64,000 nt of DNA. It comes from Camelus ferus (lineage: Eukaryota). This document shows, piece after piece, positions 35,303-49,627 of this stretch. A program made the position numbers and the translations under genes. Position 1 is the stretch's first letter, and each line of letters opens with the position of its first letter. A model generated the notes under the pieces. The model was not told where the DNA came from and searched no databases. It saw only the letters and a program-made list of their open reading frames with translations. Where the stretch lies: contig NC_045697.1 of assembly GCF_009834535.1 (NCBI RefSeq), positions 51,896,001 through 51,960,000 on the forward strand, read 5' to 3'.

Positions 35303-37618
35303 GCTTTTGCGGACAGAGCTAATGAGTCCTCACATTCAATGTGGTATATTTGTACTAATAAAAACAAATTTTATTCATTAGTAGAAACAGAAGTTAAATA
35401 ATTGCAGTTTCTGGCCCAGTAGGAAACAGTGCTTCACTGAGTTTCAACCCACATATACTATTAAAATATTTGTTCAATTAATTAAAATTCATATCTCAAA
35501 TTTTATTTCAAAAGGGTCACTTCAAGCCTCAGGGCTCTGCGTCTATTTGCTAGGTCTTTTATTACAGGGATATTTTTACTAGCAATTTTTTTCCCTTTAA
35601 ATAGACATAATTATTAGATGAAACTGTCTGCACCGGGGTCAAAAAAGAGCATGACGGAGGTCACTGATTTTGCTTCTCTTCTTACGAGTCTTCCGTCTCC
35701 CTTGGTGGGAGGTGTATTTCCCAGTGTGCTTCAGGGAGCAGCACTGTCACGTGGTTCGGGTACGCGTTCATGAGTGGAGCGGGACCACTCTGAGCGTCAG
35801 CATCTCAGCAGCCCTTGGGGTGACCGTGGGAGGCTGCTCTGCTCCCCCTTTCATCTTTTCTTTCTTGAGAAAGTGTGGCATGAGCTTTGGGGTCACATAG
35901 ATTTTGGCTTAACTCATGGATTATCACTTATTGGGTATTTAATACTCAGTGCCTCAGTTTCATCTGTAAGTAGGGGGTATGAAAAATATTTGTAGGATTA
36001 TTTGTCAGGGCTAAATAAAATCATGTCTGCATGCCTGACCCAGAGTCACTGTTATTAGTGGTGGCCTGGTGTTATTCTTGGGATAGCAGAATGCCCTGGA
36101 AACAGATGAGCTAATTTAAGTAAGATTATAGGTTACAGCGGGGCCTCGGGCCATTTGTCTTCTATTTGCACTTTATGTGCCTTTCTTCTTTCCTCCTTTA
36201 TCCTGACTACCTCATCTCCTGTCTTCAAATCCAACCCTCAGAACTTGCTTTCTGCCTAATATTTAAATTCAGTGTTCCACTAATATTAATTAATTAACCA
36301 ATTAATTATTTAAGGAAAAAATAATGAAGAACCATCTTTTGGCTGACATTTTGCTTCTACCATGTCGCTCCCATTAACAGACCTCGAAAACATACATCCT
36401 GAGATTAAAAAATTAGATTTCTTTTTTTGACAATGATACCTATTAAATACACATCTAGTTGAATGCAAATGTTGTGTAGGTTTTATATGCATATATTATG
36501 AAACTGTACTGTCTAGAATTTTCTTCTAAAACATGGAATACTAAATTTATGATACAATCTAAAAATTTGTTGCAATGAGAAATAAAAATATTAGAAATTT
36601 TAATTAAAAAATGCATACCCAAGGAGAATGAATCCACTACTACAGGTAACATTTATCAAGCTTAATACATCCACACCAAGCACTGAGTGAAGCCCTTTTG
36701 CTACATTACGTCATTAGTTCTCACAACAGCACTGTGAGGTGTGTACCACGACTGCTGCATGCTTATAGCGGAGGACAGTTTGGTTTAGGCTAGACGTAAC
36801 TTTGTTATAAAGTCCTCCCCTACAAGGGGAAGACCTCCCAGAGTCCTACTTGAGTCCTAACAGGAGCCAGGCTCCACAGTTCTTTCTTTTGATCACCAAG
36901 TACCTTCTCCAAGTTACTTACCCTCTGCTGACACTCTACCATCTCCACCGTTGTGACATGAAAACACGTGCTGTGGTGGTTATGTGCCTTGTGCAATTTC
37001 TCATGATAGATAGTATAAAAGGAAGGAAAAATTCAGAACACACTTGCCTTAGTCTGCTTAGTTATTTTGTATGTAATATCTTTATTTCTTTGTATAACGC
37101 TCATTTTCCTTGTCTTCTATTCCTAAGCTGGCTTCACATAAATAGAAAGTCCTATATTCTTTCAGTTTCATATTGTATATAACCTCAGCACATCTGTACT
37201 CATTCCAAATGATTCGTTCTGTCCCATCGCTACTGCTTGAAATCCTTGATCTTCGTTTCCCAATTTAACATTTTGAGGTACAGTGATCAATTATCAATTT
37301 TTTTACTTTTTCTAATGGAAATCAACTTTCTTAGCTTCTGAACATCTGCTAACCATTATCAAGGGTATACAACATTTTATTCTATTGATAAATCCATTCC
37401 TCTTTGCCATCCCTGATTTTTATGAAATTTATCCTTTAAAATAATTGAGTCTCCTTTTCTCTTATTCCATTGTTCTTAGCTATAATAGTCTATCTTTTTC
37501 CTGGCAGAAAAGAGCTTTGTTTAAAAATAAGCCTCCAGTTTCCTCAACAACTTCTGTCATTATATAAGGTTATTTTCTAAATCCTATCATTGTTAATTTT
37601 AAGACTTTGACATGAACT

Positions 37619-38107
37619 CATCAACTGAAATAAATGCACAGCCTAAAATTTGAGAGTTATGTTTTAATTGGCAGACATTTCTGAGGGGTTCGAGCCTAGG
37701 ATGACAGCCTCTCAGATCGCTCTGAGGAACTTCTCCGAAGAGGCAGGGGAGGAGCTGGGATATATAGGAGCTTTACAACAAAGACCAGGTAGTTGGAACA
37801 TTAAAAGATTACTTGTTAACTAAAGAAAATGAGCTATCTCAAGTTAAAGAATTAAGTGCTTTTCTGTGTATGGGAGGAAGCAAACATTTGGGCTCATTGA
37901 ATTCATTCGTTTGACAAGCACCTAGCTATCTAGGGCCAGTGTCCTGTCCTTTCTTATTCTGAGTCCCCTCAGGGTGCACCATTGTGAGTGGCTGCAGAGG
38001 CTGGGCTGCAGCCTTGTCTTCACTGGCGGGTGGCATCAACGGCTGATGACTTGATGGCTTCAGCATTCTTTGTTTACTGATATAGTTTGCAGTATTTTTC
38101 ATTCACA
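37619..38107 (-). mobile_element. MER41-like ERV1 solo LTR
   Basis: minus strand begins TGTGAATGAAAAATACTGCAAACTATATCAGTAAACAAAGAATG, recalled as typical of artiodactyl MER41-like LTRs; TATATA at 37761. Confidence 0.7.
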
Positions 38108-38169
38108 GTCTCAACATCTGGCATGGTCAAGGCACTAGTCTTCAGTTTCTAGACTCCCTGGTGTCCAGG

Positions 38170-38368
38170 TGACACCGAGCAGGACCATGTGGGGCCTTCC
38201 CAGGACATACCCCTCCCCCATATCCTCTGCGGTAGCTCCTCCCTGAAGGACCCAGGCAACAGTATCTCCTGCATATTTCCTGAGTTTTTCAGAAGCTGAA
38301 AAACCACCACCAAAGGGAAGAAATGAACTACTTGATGATCAAGAGCACGTGGCCCCCAGACCTGCCGT
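38170..38368 (+). mobile_element. 5' part of an ERV LTR of the same family as 30550-30938
   Basis: starts TGACACCGAGCAGGACC; 38277-38364 is similar to 30552-30650. Confidence 0.7.
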
Positions 38369-39364
38369 CAAGAGGCTAGAGTCCTCTGCAGGCATGACTG
38401 TCTTTCGTGTCTCTTCATGGATCACAGGCACAAATTCCAGGGGGTAGTCCTGTGTGTCACCTGCAGTGGATTTTCAGGCCATGATGTCTAGAGTTCAGTA
38501 ACGGGTCATTCTAGTCCTTCAATGTGCCTGTGCGATGCTCCATCAAGGGGGCTGTCAGCATGCTGTTTCCTTAGCTGCCTTTTCCTCTGTACTCTGCAAA
38601 ATGAGCTTAGACGTCTTGGTTAATCATCTTTTGTTTCTACCTCATGGGCCTGGAGGGAATAAGATGTATGATTTCATGAGAGGAGTGGAACTCGAATTCC
38701 AGTCATTGGCTCATGCATTCTATCTTACATGAGGGAAGAGTCTGGTTCAAGTTAGAAATGAAAGTTTTCAGTGGTCAGTTTTGTTGACTGGTCAAAATTA
38801 TTACCCATTTGTGGTTCATAAAAATAAAAAATAGACTTAATCTCTAGTCAAAGTGACTTAAAAAAAATCCTCAAGTGAAGATAATCATAAAATTATTCTT
38901 GACACATTAGAATCGCCACTCTTGTGACCAGAACACTGTTTTCTGCTAGATGTAACACACCTCTCTTTGTATGATTTAGCCATTGACTTCCAAGTCCTCA
39001 TAATTATCCTGGTAGATAGATATTAACATACTTCATTTTTTATGAGAGCCTATCAACTGTGAAGCTTTGTTGATTTAATTTCACCTTTTTTCATGGGCAG
39101 TGGGTTGTAAAACTACCACAGAAAATGTGCATGTTGATTACAAGTGACAATCTGACTTCAAAAACAAAATCAAAACAAACATAGATCTTAAAATCAAGGT
39201 TATATTATCTTACACCAATTGAAAAAAATGAATGTTAAATAGGTTAAATGAAGATGATATTTTTCTCATGAAGCAGAGAAGTTGAGTCATTTTCCCTGAG
39301 TCTTCTCAGTAGTACCTGACAGAGCCAGCACGAGGACCCTCTTGTGTCTCCACACTCTGAAGAG

Positions 39365-39830
39365 GGGAAGGCTGAAAACGGGCCCCCATGTCCTAAACCT
39401 TGGTACCCGTGAATGTTATCTTAGATGACAAGAAAAAAAAAAGATCTTTGCAAATGTGGTTACATTAAGGGCCTTGAGCTGGAGAGGTTAAACTGGATTA
39501 TCTAAATTGTCCTAAATGCAATCACATGTATCTCTGTAACAGGGAGGCAGAGGGAGATTGGACCACACACACAGTAGAGAAGGTGGTGTCAAGGTGGAGC
39601 AGGGAGAGATCTGAAGAATGTGGCCTTGAAGATTGGAATGGTGTGGCTCCCCCAGTCAAAGCATGCTGGTGGCCATGAGAAACTGGAAGAGGTGATGAAT
39701 GAATTCTGCCCTAGAGCCTCTGAATGAAGTGTGGCCCTGCCAATATCTTGATTTTGAATTCTGACCTCCTGAATTGTGAAAGAATAAATTTCTGTTATTT
39801 TATTTTAAGTCATGGAGATAGTGCTAATTT
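39365..39830 (+). mobile_element. MaLR LTR (MLT1C/D-like)
   Basis: ggattatc...ctaaatgcaatcaca, ccctagagcctc, gaataaatttctgtt. Confidence 0.85.
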
Positions 39831-42800
39831 GTTTACTTTGCAGCCAAAGTGGTATGAATAATCTGGCAAGATCAGGCAATATCCAAATTTCATATTCTTC
39901 TCCCTATTCTGTTGCTAATTTTTACATAACCTACAGTTAAGAAGTTAAGAAGATGGCTAAAATGAATAGCAAAATAGGAATTTTTTTCATTACAGAGATG
40001 TGACTACAAAACACGCTATGACTTTGGGGATGAATTCTTGTGGATTAGTCAGCAAGGAGGGTGTATTGACATGGGTGAGGAAGGTTAACTTAGGCAACCA
40101 AAATGTCCCACAAAATTCTGCTGAGCTCTGGCATGAGTTACCACGGGCAGACTAAAACTGCTTAATCCTATGCATAGCTTTATAAGACAAAACCATTGTA
40201 GAACTCACTGATGTGTGTGAAGTGTCTTTCCCTAATTCATCCTCTTTTCTCACACCCTATAGAACCCTGCCTTAGTTCCCCTGAACATCAGATATTACTT
40301 ATCTCAGTATTTTTTATCAAAGGCATTCATGTTACTTCAAATCTCTGGAGCAACATCACTTGATTCTTATTTGAGACAGCCTGGTGACCATATAGTACAT
40401 CAAAGGATGAGAGTTTCAGATTTCAGAGCCGAGGATATACTCCTAGGGACATTAATTGGAAATGGATGGGTCCCCGATCTCCAGCATCACGTTCTGCTGG
40501 GGGGAAGAAAAGCATTTGGAGTGTGAACTACCGATACTCCTGCTTTCCCTGAGACGCCCATGTGTAGCCTTACAATACACCCAGTTTCTCCAGGTACTTG
40601 AACGCGTCTCCAGTCTCTGCAACTAAGTGAACTTTTATCAAAAATATTTTTTCTCAACTGTAGTTGACTTATGTGTCTTAATCTTATATCTACCAACCAT
40701 ACTGAGCTAGTTTCTTTTGCTAATTTTAAAATCTGTCTGTAGATTCTTTGTTTTTTCTATGTAATAATCGTTTTAACTGTGACTAATGGCACTCTTATTT
40801 CTTCCTTCCCAATATTTATTCTCTTTCTTTTTTAATATCTGTTAATGAACTGGCTGGTTTTACAATGTTGAATTCTCATCTGATTCTTGATTTTAAAGAT
40901 TATTCAAAGGTTTCACTATTAAGTATGATGTTTGTTGTGTAATTAAAATACTAGCTTTATTAAGGAACTCCCCCATAGTTTTAGTTTTCCAGTATTTTTA
41001 AAAGATTATGAACAAGTATCTTATTTTATCATAGGCTTATTCTGCTTCTATTGAGATATGGTAATTTAAATGCATTTTCTAATGTTAAACCATTTATGAA
41101 TTCCTAAGTTAAATCAAAAGATGTATTTTTTTAAAAGCATCTATACATTGTTGGCTTTGATTTGCTATTTATTTAAAAATTTATATCTATGTTCATGAAT
41201 GAGATTGGTCTGTATTATTACTTTTATTTGCTGCCTGGGAGTAACTGTTTGCTAAAATTTACATGTAGTATTACATACATTGAAGACAGACATTTACAAT
41301 GTGAACTGTATATCATGGAATTAATTTATATGCTGCATGTTAGTAGATGGTGTAATCTGTGAAGCACCACACGAAGGTTAGTTATTGTTATACTTTGTAT
41401 AAAATCTTTTTGTGAAGATATCTGTCCTCTAAAACAATAAGCCTCCCTGAAAACATGGGTTATGCCTCATTCATTTTTATTTTCTTAGCACTCTCCCAAG
41501 GCAAGATGAATATTTGATAAGTGAATAAGCATGTGCTTCAAGAAGGACTGTGTGAAACCTCATATTTTACTCCATGACCTCTGGCTCACACAGACAAAAT
41601 CAGGTTACACGGAAGGTGACTGATGGCTTTGAACATGAAAAGAAGAAAATAATTGGCAAGACAAGTACATGAGTGTTGAGAGGAAGAACTGGTTCTAATT
41701 TTGCCTAGGTACTAAGGGAACAGAGAGAGAGGAGAGCTTCCAAGACACTTTCACATTAACTCAATATATTTAGTTCACTCTGCTGCCCCCTGGGTCTCAG
41801 CTAACCCACCTGAATACTCAGTGGGAAACAGGAGTTTATATGGAGGAAGACATGCCTACATCATTCACACAGCATCGCTTTTGGAATACTTACTATGTTT
41901 ATCCATAGAGAAAATAATTGACACCACATTTTTGAAATATACAATTGAATAAATAATTCTTTTAATGGTGGATTTGAAAAGATGAAAGCTATTCAATTCG
42001 TGTGTTCTTTTGATTTGTGAACATTTTTCACATTTTAATTTACTCTAATTTTTTTCAAAAGTGCCTGAGACGCTTTTTGGTAATATATCCATGATTGAAG
42101 ATACTCCCCAGGGCAAATGACTTCATGAAAATAATTCTGGAATTACCCAAATTAATCATGAAAGTTTTTTGACGTAAAAAAGTAGTGTAGTCTTTGAGTA
42201 GGAAAAAAAGAAGCTTGACTCCAATACTGTAGAGACTTCCAGACCAATACGATAGCCTGCTTGCAAAGACTCATATGTTCTCTTCAAAGTTCCCATTAGA
42301 AGTCCTAAAGTGGTAAAGAACTGCAATTCCATTTAAAAGCAAAGCTAATTCACTATAAGAAATGGAGACAGGAGAAGTTACAGTTGCAGGCTGCTAATTT
42401 TGGATTAACTGAGAAACAAAATAAAACTAAACACTAAAATTACCGTCCAGCCTTTGGAGATTTCCCCTTCTAGCTGTTAAGGAATAGCTTGTTGCTGACC
42501 AAAGCTCCCAGGAGCAACTGAAAAGCTGAAGAAAAAAAAAATAGCAAAACGATGAAATACCCCATCTGTTTGAAAGCTTTGGACTGCAACAAAGGAGCCA
42601 AGATTCCAGAGGAAAAAATGAAACTCACTGAGATGAGTTTGGCATTTTATACATTTTTCCTTTGAAGCGTTTGTTGCTTCAGAAGCTGCATGGTTAGAGA
42701 TGCTTAGAAGTCGAGCAAAAATAGTTGTTAAGAGGTGCGGAAACTGAAGAGAGCTTTGAACAATCTTGTGAGCCTTTGAACAAAAATAAGTTCAAAATGA

Positions 42801-43203
42801 ACAAAGCAATGAAAAAATGAAGTGTCAACCCAGGAAAGAAAGGCAGAAAAGTGAGCTGCTTTTCTTCTTACAGTGTTCGGTGATTGATTCCTAACCAGCG
42901 GGAGCCACAAATTGATGATTTTTTATTCCTCACAGGGGTATGGGCTAGCAGTTTTGAAACTACTTTCCATTTCTGTAGGTCCAAAGGCCAGTACTGGTAT
43001 CACTGGACTAAAATCAAGGTGTCATATGTCTATTGTTGAGCAACAGTTACGTCGGATATTCTGTAAGATTGTACATAAAGAGAGCCAGGTTTCTCGCTGT
43101 CAGAGAAAGTTCTAAATGAGCAAAGAAGCAATGCCGGAATGCTAGAATGAACCCTCTGCTTTTGGACTGGAGTGAGTATGAATAGATACAGGTATAGAGA
43201 TAT

Positions 43204-43526
43204 TGTTAAAAGATAAACTGAGGCACATTAAAATTTTCAAGATTTTATTCGCGCAAACAATTTGAATTGAGCGTTGCCAAACTGGAAGTGGTGGGGAGCA
43301 TTCCATCGACAGGCGCAGGAGAGAGGTTTTTAAAGAGCCTACATAGAAGAACAGCAAGGGAACTGTTAGACTGGCTAGAGCTCAAGGGGTTGTCTTATTG
43401 GGAAAGCCTGGCTGGCACTTTGCGATTGGCTGTTCCTACGTTTCACTTTCTCATAATTCAGTGCGTTGATTCTGGCTTGGGTTTGGTTTGTTTACATAAT
43501 GGCTTCCTTGTTTAGTTATTTTAACA
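43204..43526 (-). mobile_element. ERV1-class solo LTR
   Basis: TGTTAAA...TTTAACA termini; minus-strand CCAAT boxes and AATAAA (43244-43249). Confidence 0.7.
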
Positions 43527-43584
43527 TTGTGTGTGTGTGTGTATAATATATAATACACATGGTCATATGTGTGTGTGTGTGTGT

Positions 43585-44010
43585 GTATGGCTTAGAACAA
43601 CCGAAATTTGTTAACTTACTGTTCTGTAGATCCGAAGACCAATACTGGTATCACTGGGCTAAAATCAAGGTGTCAGCAGACATCCCTTTCTGAAGGCACA
43701 AGGGGAGAATCCATTTCCTCACTTTTTCCAGCTTGTGGAGGCTTCTCTCTGGTCCTTGCACATAGTCCCCTACATTTCAGAACCAGCAATGGGGCGATAT
43801 CAGATCTTTCTCCTGCTACCATCTTTCTTTGGCAACAGCGGGGAAATAGCCTCTGTTTTTGAGGACTTGTGATTCTATTGGGCTCACCTGTTTTCATCCA
43901 AGATCATCTTCCCCATTTCACCGTCCTTAACCTCAATCACACTGCAGTGGCCTTTTAGCCATATAAGGTAACACGTTCCCAGTTCTGAGGATTATCATGT
44001 AGAGGTCTGC
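43585..44010 (-). mobile_element. MaLR LTR (MLT1-type)
   Basis: gggctaaaatcaaggtgtcagcag, aggggagaatccatttcc, atccaagatcatcttccc. Confidence 0.8.
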
Positions 44011-47000
44011 TTATCTGTCAGTGTACGCTTTATATATATTTGGGGGCTATATTGTTATCTGCATTTACTTGCATGTAAGATCAGAATTTTTGCAATTGCC
44101 TTATGAAATACAACTGTTCTCATTATGTAATTACTGATTTTATTGCTACTAATGCTCTTCACCTTAACATCTAATTTGCCTCATGTTAAAGCAGCCCCAG
44201 CAGCGAACTTTGGATGGTGAATGCAGAGAGAAGGAAAAGGACAGGGATGACAGGAACGATGCATGAAACAAGATGGGGACCAGATCTTAGAAAGCAGGCA
44301 CTCCCAAGAAGATTTAAGGAAAAAAAAAAAAGAAGCAAAAATAGTAATGAAATCTATGATATAAGATAAAATTTCTGATTAAAATAAACATAAACAACAA
44401 TCTTGAGCCTGAACACTGCTGGCATTCTCCAAAGTCTCATTAAAAAATGATGAAAACATCATCCTTGAAATTTAAAAACAAAGAAAAACTCACCTTGGAT
44501 TCATTTCAAAAACATGAACCATAAAAAACAATATCAAAATAAGCAGCCGTGTGGCAGAAGTCAGTCTGACTAATTTTTCCCATATAGGGCTAACTACCAG
44601 GAAATGCTGTGCTGAGAGGAAATTTATGATTCGTAATTTTATACTCAGTAAGCTTTCATTCTTGTGTGAGGAGAAGAGAGAGGAAGTCCGAGATATGCAA
44701 AATACAGCTGTTTTTAGAAATCTTGCCTTCATCCTGAGTAATTCCTTTTATTCTGGACATCCTCCTTAATTATTTGATTCTTTTTAAAGTGATGAGGAAT
44801 GCATTCAGAATATCAAAAGACAAAATTGCCAAAGAAGAAATATAGTAAGTGTCCAGTCTCACTAAAAACACAGTTTAAAATTTTTAAAATAAATTTTAAA
44901 TTGTTAAAAATTTAAAAATAAAAAACAATTTTAAAAGGCTGTTGTGTCCTTTTTTTTGTCTAGCAATACAGAAAATATTCAAACAATAAAAGGCTTACTG
45001 CCAAGAAGAAAATATGTTAAATATACTGTGCAGATGGGTTGCCAGCCAGCAACCCAACAAGTTCACAAAAATGTATTTGCTGGAAAAAAAGCGGCCTCTT
45101 GGGAGATAACTCAAGCTTGTTTGCTCTGTCTGACACATGGACCAGGGAGGCCAAGGAGAAATCAATGTGCAGAGTCCTCAGGACCCTTCTGGGGGTGAGA
45201 AAACTCAATGAACTGAGCCAGAACCTGTGATTAGCCTGTCTGCTAACACTACAGATCCATGCTTGCATACAAGGCTGAAGGAGAGAAGAAGAAACTGATA
45301 GAAAACTTTGCAAACCACTGGAGACCGAGCAGGTGTGTTAGGAGTTCCCTCATTTACCCATTCATTCAGCCAAGGAAGTGTCCCCCACTTCCTCAGCTTA
45401 TTAACGATGGACCTCTGCCAATTGGAGAGATGTAAAATACCAGTGGTGACACATGGTAGAATGGCAATGGTGGCCAGTGGAAAGCACAGTCACCAGCGGA
45501 AAGAAGTGACATCCATTTGGAGTAGTGGTGTTTGCTGGGTAGCAGCACCCAGCGGAGAACCTTATTGTCCAGACCATGATGCTGGGTACTGAGTGTACCT
45601 GGTAGCATTTTGCTAGATGCCCAGAGGGACTTTTGGAAGCGCTTGTGAAGTCAAGATTTCATCTCTACCTATAGTTACTGAAGCTTCAGGGGAAATGGTT
45701 CATGTTTGTAAAAACAAACAAAAAAGTATGAGGAAAACACTGAAAAATATTCCATAATAAAAAGTTAATAATGCTAGCTTTGGGGTTGTAGGTGGATTTA
45801 TTAGTGACTTTATTTTGTGCTGGTTTATTTTTTATATTTTAAAATATTTTAAATAAAAAAATTTACAGGAAGTTATACATAAAATACGATCATTAGACAA
45901 TGAAACTGTGATGCTTTTGTCAAAGTGAAGCTATTTCAAATTGGAGACACTGAATCATTTGTAGAATCACTGGGGAGTCTGTATAATGTAGTGGTTGCTT
46001 GGAGGTTCCAGGTTCACATCACAGAAGCACCACTTCCTGTTCAGATAACCAGTGGACAACTCAACATTCTGGACCTCTGTTTCCTCAGGTGTAAAAGGGG
46101 GTAACAAGGGTGTCTACCTCTTAGGCATGTTCATTTTCTTCTCTGGCTTCTTGAATCTGATTATCTGGTTAAATGAGTAGTAGAGTTAACATTAAAACTA
46201 AAATTAATATTATTAGTTAATATTAAAATATAAAATATTAGAAAATCATCTGGCACATAATAAGCTATTTAACAGACATTAAAGCACATCATTGGGGAAA
46301 CTATTGAAATTAAAGGCTATATCACCCAAATTATGCGGGGTTTTTTTGGGTAGCATTCTATCATGTTTGCGTTTGTCTTTGCCTTACTCTCAGTACAGCA
46401 AAGACAGAGACTTGCGGTAGGAATAGCATTAAACTTTATTATAGAGGACCCGATTTCTAGACCTGGCTTGATTGTGTACTCTATGTGTGACCTTGAGAAA
46501 TTCTTCATTTGTTAAGTGGAGGCTAATTTTGATCATTATTTCTGTAAAAATTTAGTCATAATTGTTTTAAAAGCTTGATGGCAATCATCAATAATCTTGT
46601 CTTTCTTAGAGCTAAGAAGAGATAATGAGATAAAAATAAAGACACTTTGAGAAATGTGATTTTAATGTTAGAGCATAATGCGCCCTTAATTGGCGAGTTC
46701 AGTGGAAGGTGAATGCAGTCCATTCATGATCATTATTCCTCTGCATTTGATTCATTCTGTCTCTGGAGGAGAAAGCACTTTAGTTTTATTCCAATTGTAT
46801 ACTAAAATTATATACTAAATGTATAATCATATACTGAAATTATAGTATACCACTGCACATATTTCAGCCTTATTCATTCAATCAAGAAGCATTTAGTGAA
46901 CACCTATGACGTGCTATGTATTGTATCAGAAACTGGGAGATCAGACTATGGTCCATCCTGAAGGAACTCTCAATCTAACAGGGTGATGATAATAGCCCCT

Positions 47001-47026
47001 ATGTATATAGGGTTTATTATATAGCT

Positions 47027-47027
<1 letters not shown>

Positions 47028-47062
<35 letters not shown>

Positions 47063-47083
47063 CATATACATATATATATATAT
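47028..47083. repeat. (TG)n(TA)n microsatellite
   Basis: directly visible. Confidence 0.9.
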
Positions 47084-47279
47084 ACTCTCACATATTTAAT
47101 TCTCTGTAGAATGAAAATAATACCCATGTTACTGTTTTGACTAGGGATTGAATGAGTCAATGTAGATAAAGTTCACACCACATACCTGGGGATATATAAA
47201 TGAGCATTGTTTTAGAATTTTTGGAATACCAATAATAGGAAGTGATTTAAACTAGGTTAAGCAAGAAAGGATGCTTTTA

Positions 47280-47520
47280 AATTTTTTAAATTTTAAAATT
47301 TTATTTATTTTTTTTTAATTGAAGTATAGTCAGTTACCAGTGTTGTGCTAATAGCTGGTGTACACATAATGTTTCAGTCATATATTTACATATATATTAG
47401 TTTTCATATTCTTTTTCATTATAGGTTACTATAAGATATTAAATATAGTTTGCTGTGCTGTACAGTAGAGACTTGTTGTATATCTATTTTATATATAGTA
47501 AGTGTCTGCACATCTTGAAC
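47280..47520 (-). mobile_element. Truncated L1 3' end
   Basis: ttaattgaagtatagtcagtt; TSD GAAAGGA(T)GCTTTT at 47265 and 47521. Confidence 0.8.
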
Positions 47521-49627
47521 GAAAGGAGCTTTTTTGCAAGGATATTGTGGGTTCTCATGGAAACTTTAGGGCAGGATCACAGAGAGATCTTAGGAGGAGT
47601 CTGCAAAAGATATGTTACCTCTTTTTGCTGCTCACCAGGCATTTAGTACATTCATCTTTCTTTGTCGACCAGGCTTTCTCTTTTTTTTTTTTCTTTTATT
47701 TTCTCTGCTCTACTGTGCCCCAGATAAGCGAGTGATGGCCACTTCACATTTCTTCCATTCTTCTCTTCTTCTCTCTTTAACCCACGCTGAGTCCCGTGTA
47801 CAGCCCTGGCCAACTCAATTATTTCCAGAAATGCAGGATCCTATGGTATAAACGGGAATGTTGGTGGCTACACCTGTGGTAAGAGTTTGAAAAATATGGG
47901 TGTGAACCAGATAGACTCTTCAAAAGATGCCCTACGCTTTCCATAAGATACCACAGTACCCTTATTTAGAAGCCCTTAACAATTCCCACTCACAGAATAG
48001 AACTGGAAAAAAAATTGAAGTAGATTTCATAAATGCAGGTAAGGCCTGTAAAGTATTATGTCTCAGATAGAATTTACACACTCTAGTGAACATTACAAAC
48101 AATTTACTAAATTGCTTATGCTTAATTACGACGCCTCACTCAGCAGCAAGTGCACGGCTGTATTTATATGTTTTCTGTGCTTAAATCAGTAAGTTGCGAT
48201 TTTAGGAGCACATCATTCCGGAATTGCAGGCTGTGAAAGAGACTTCACGTGCTAAGTGATGAACACACAGAGGAAGGATCTTTCAAATCCTGTTTTTACT
48301 AGTAACTATTCCCAGATGTGGTTAAAATAATTCAGTGCACTTTTCTCCGAGGTAGTATGCTGAAAGAGTGCAGAAATAAAGGAATAGTCCCTCATGTGCA
48401 TGTTGAGAATGCCAGAAAAAAATTGCTCATCCAAGTCAGAGTAATAAAATTTACTGTGGTGAGTTATGGTATTTCTCTATAAACACTAAACTGTCAAATA
48501 ATTAGATTGGTAGTTTGTCTACAGAATTATTTAGATGTCCTTTGATTTGTTTATCTATCATACATGCCATATTTTTATATTAATAATGACCTTCAAAGAG
48601 AGAAAGATATTTTATCTGTAGTGAATTATTAATCATTAATTATAAAAGGACATAAAACATTTTCTGACATTTAATATTTCTTCTTTTATGTTAAATGTTA
48701 TTCCCTATTGTGTTCTGACCTTCAGTGTGATTAATAACTATATTTATATCTACATTTCCTCTGAAGTAAAATTTCAAATAAATTATCAGATCTCCTTGTA
48801 CATATAGGAATGACAGATGTCCTTTTGAATGGATGCTATCTGCTAGTAAGAGTGTCCTTAACTGTAGAATGCTTTGGCAGGATGTGTCTGATTGTCCAGG
48901 ATTGCTTATGGTTAAGAAACCTGAAATCTATGGATTTATGGTGCATGAATTCCTGGAAAATGTTACATAAGCTGTGTAACACTCTGATAAAATGGAGATG
49001 TTGCAGGACTTAAATATCTCCCTCTGTGTAAGTGATACGATCTCCCACGTCAGAGGACTTGTGTTAATCTGGGACCATAGCATATCCCAATATTGCATTG
49101 GACTGTTCCAGGTCTTTCTTGCTTCACCTTGGTCTCCTAATTACTAGCATTTTTGAAACTGTTTGTAAAGCTTGATACCGGGGAAGATCTCTGATTCAAC
49201 AGGTGGCTGATTTGACAATCTAGCCCTTTGTTATCTCAGATCATCTCTTAGAATTTACTAGCTCACATTCATTTTGTTAGAGATGAAGAAACAGAGCAAT
49301 ATTTTTTTTGCTTTATTAGAATTTTTACTTTCTTAGCATTACTTATTGTTGTGCATGAATAATTGTATTTATTTATTATGAACAACCTACATTTGATCTA
49401 TGGTCACATTGGCATTTTAAGTAAGTGTTATCATCTTAGTGATGCCAATGACCTATTTGTCACCAAGAGTAAACATTTCAAGTTCAGGATTGTTTCTCAC
49501 CCACAGTCTGTAAATTGGTATATAGATCTTTAAATCTGAAATGATCCCGCATGGTACTTGGCTTCTTTGTTGCCTGCTGAGAATTACTTGGAAACATTTT
49601 TCCCTGCACTGTACTTGTTGCTCTCTC

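Noticed and set aside
44870..44935. Repeated TTTTAAAA palindromes (similar AT palindromes at 46190-46240)
   Set aside because: Short, low-complexity AT sequence expected by chance
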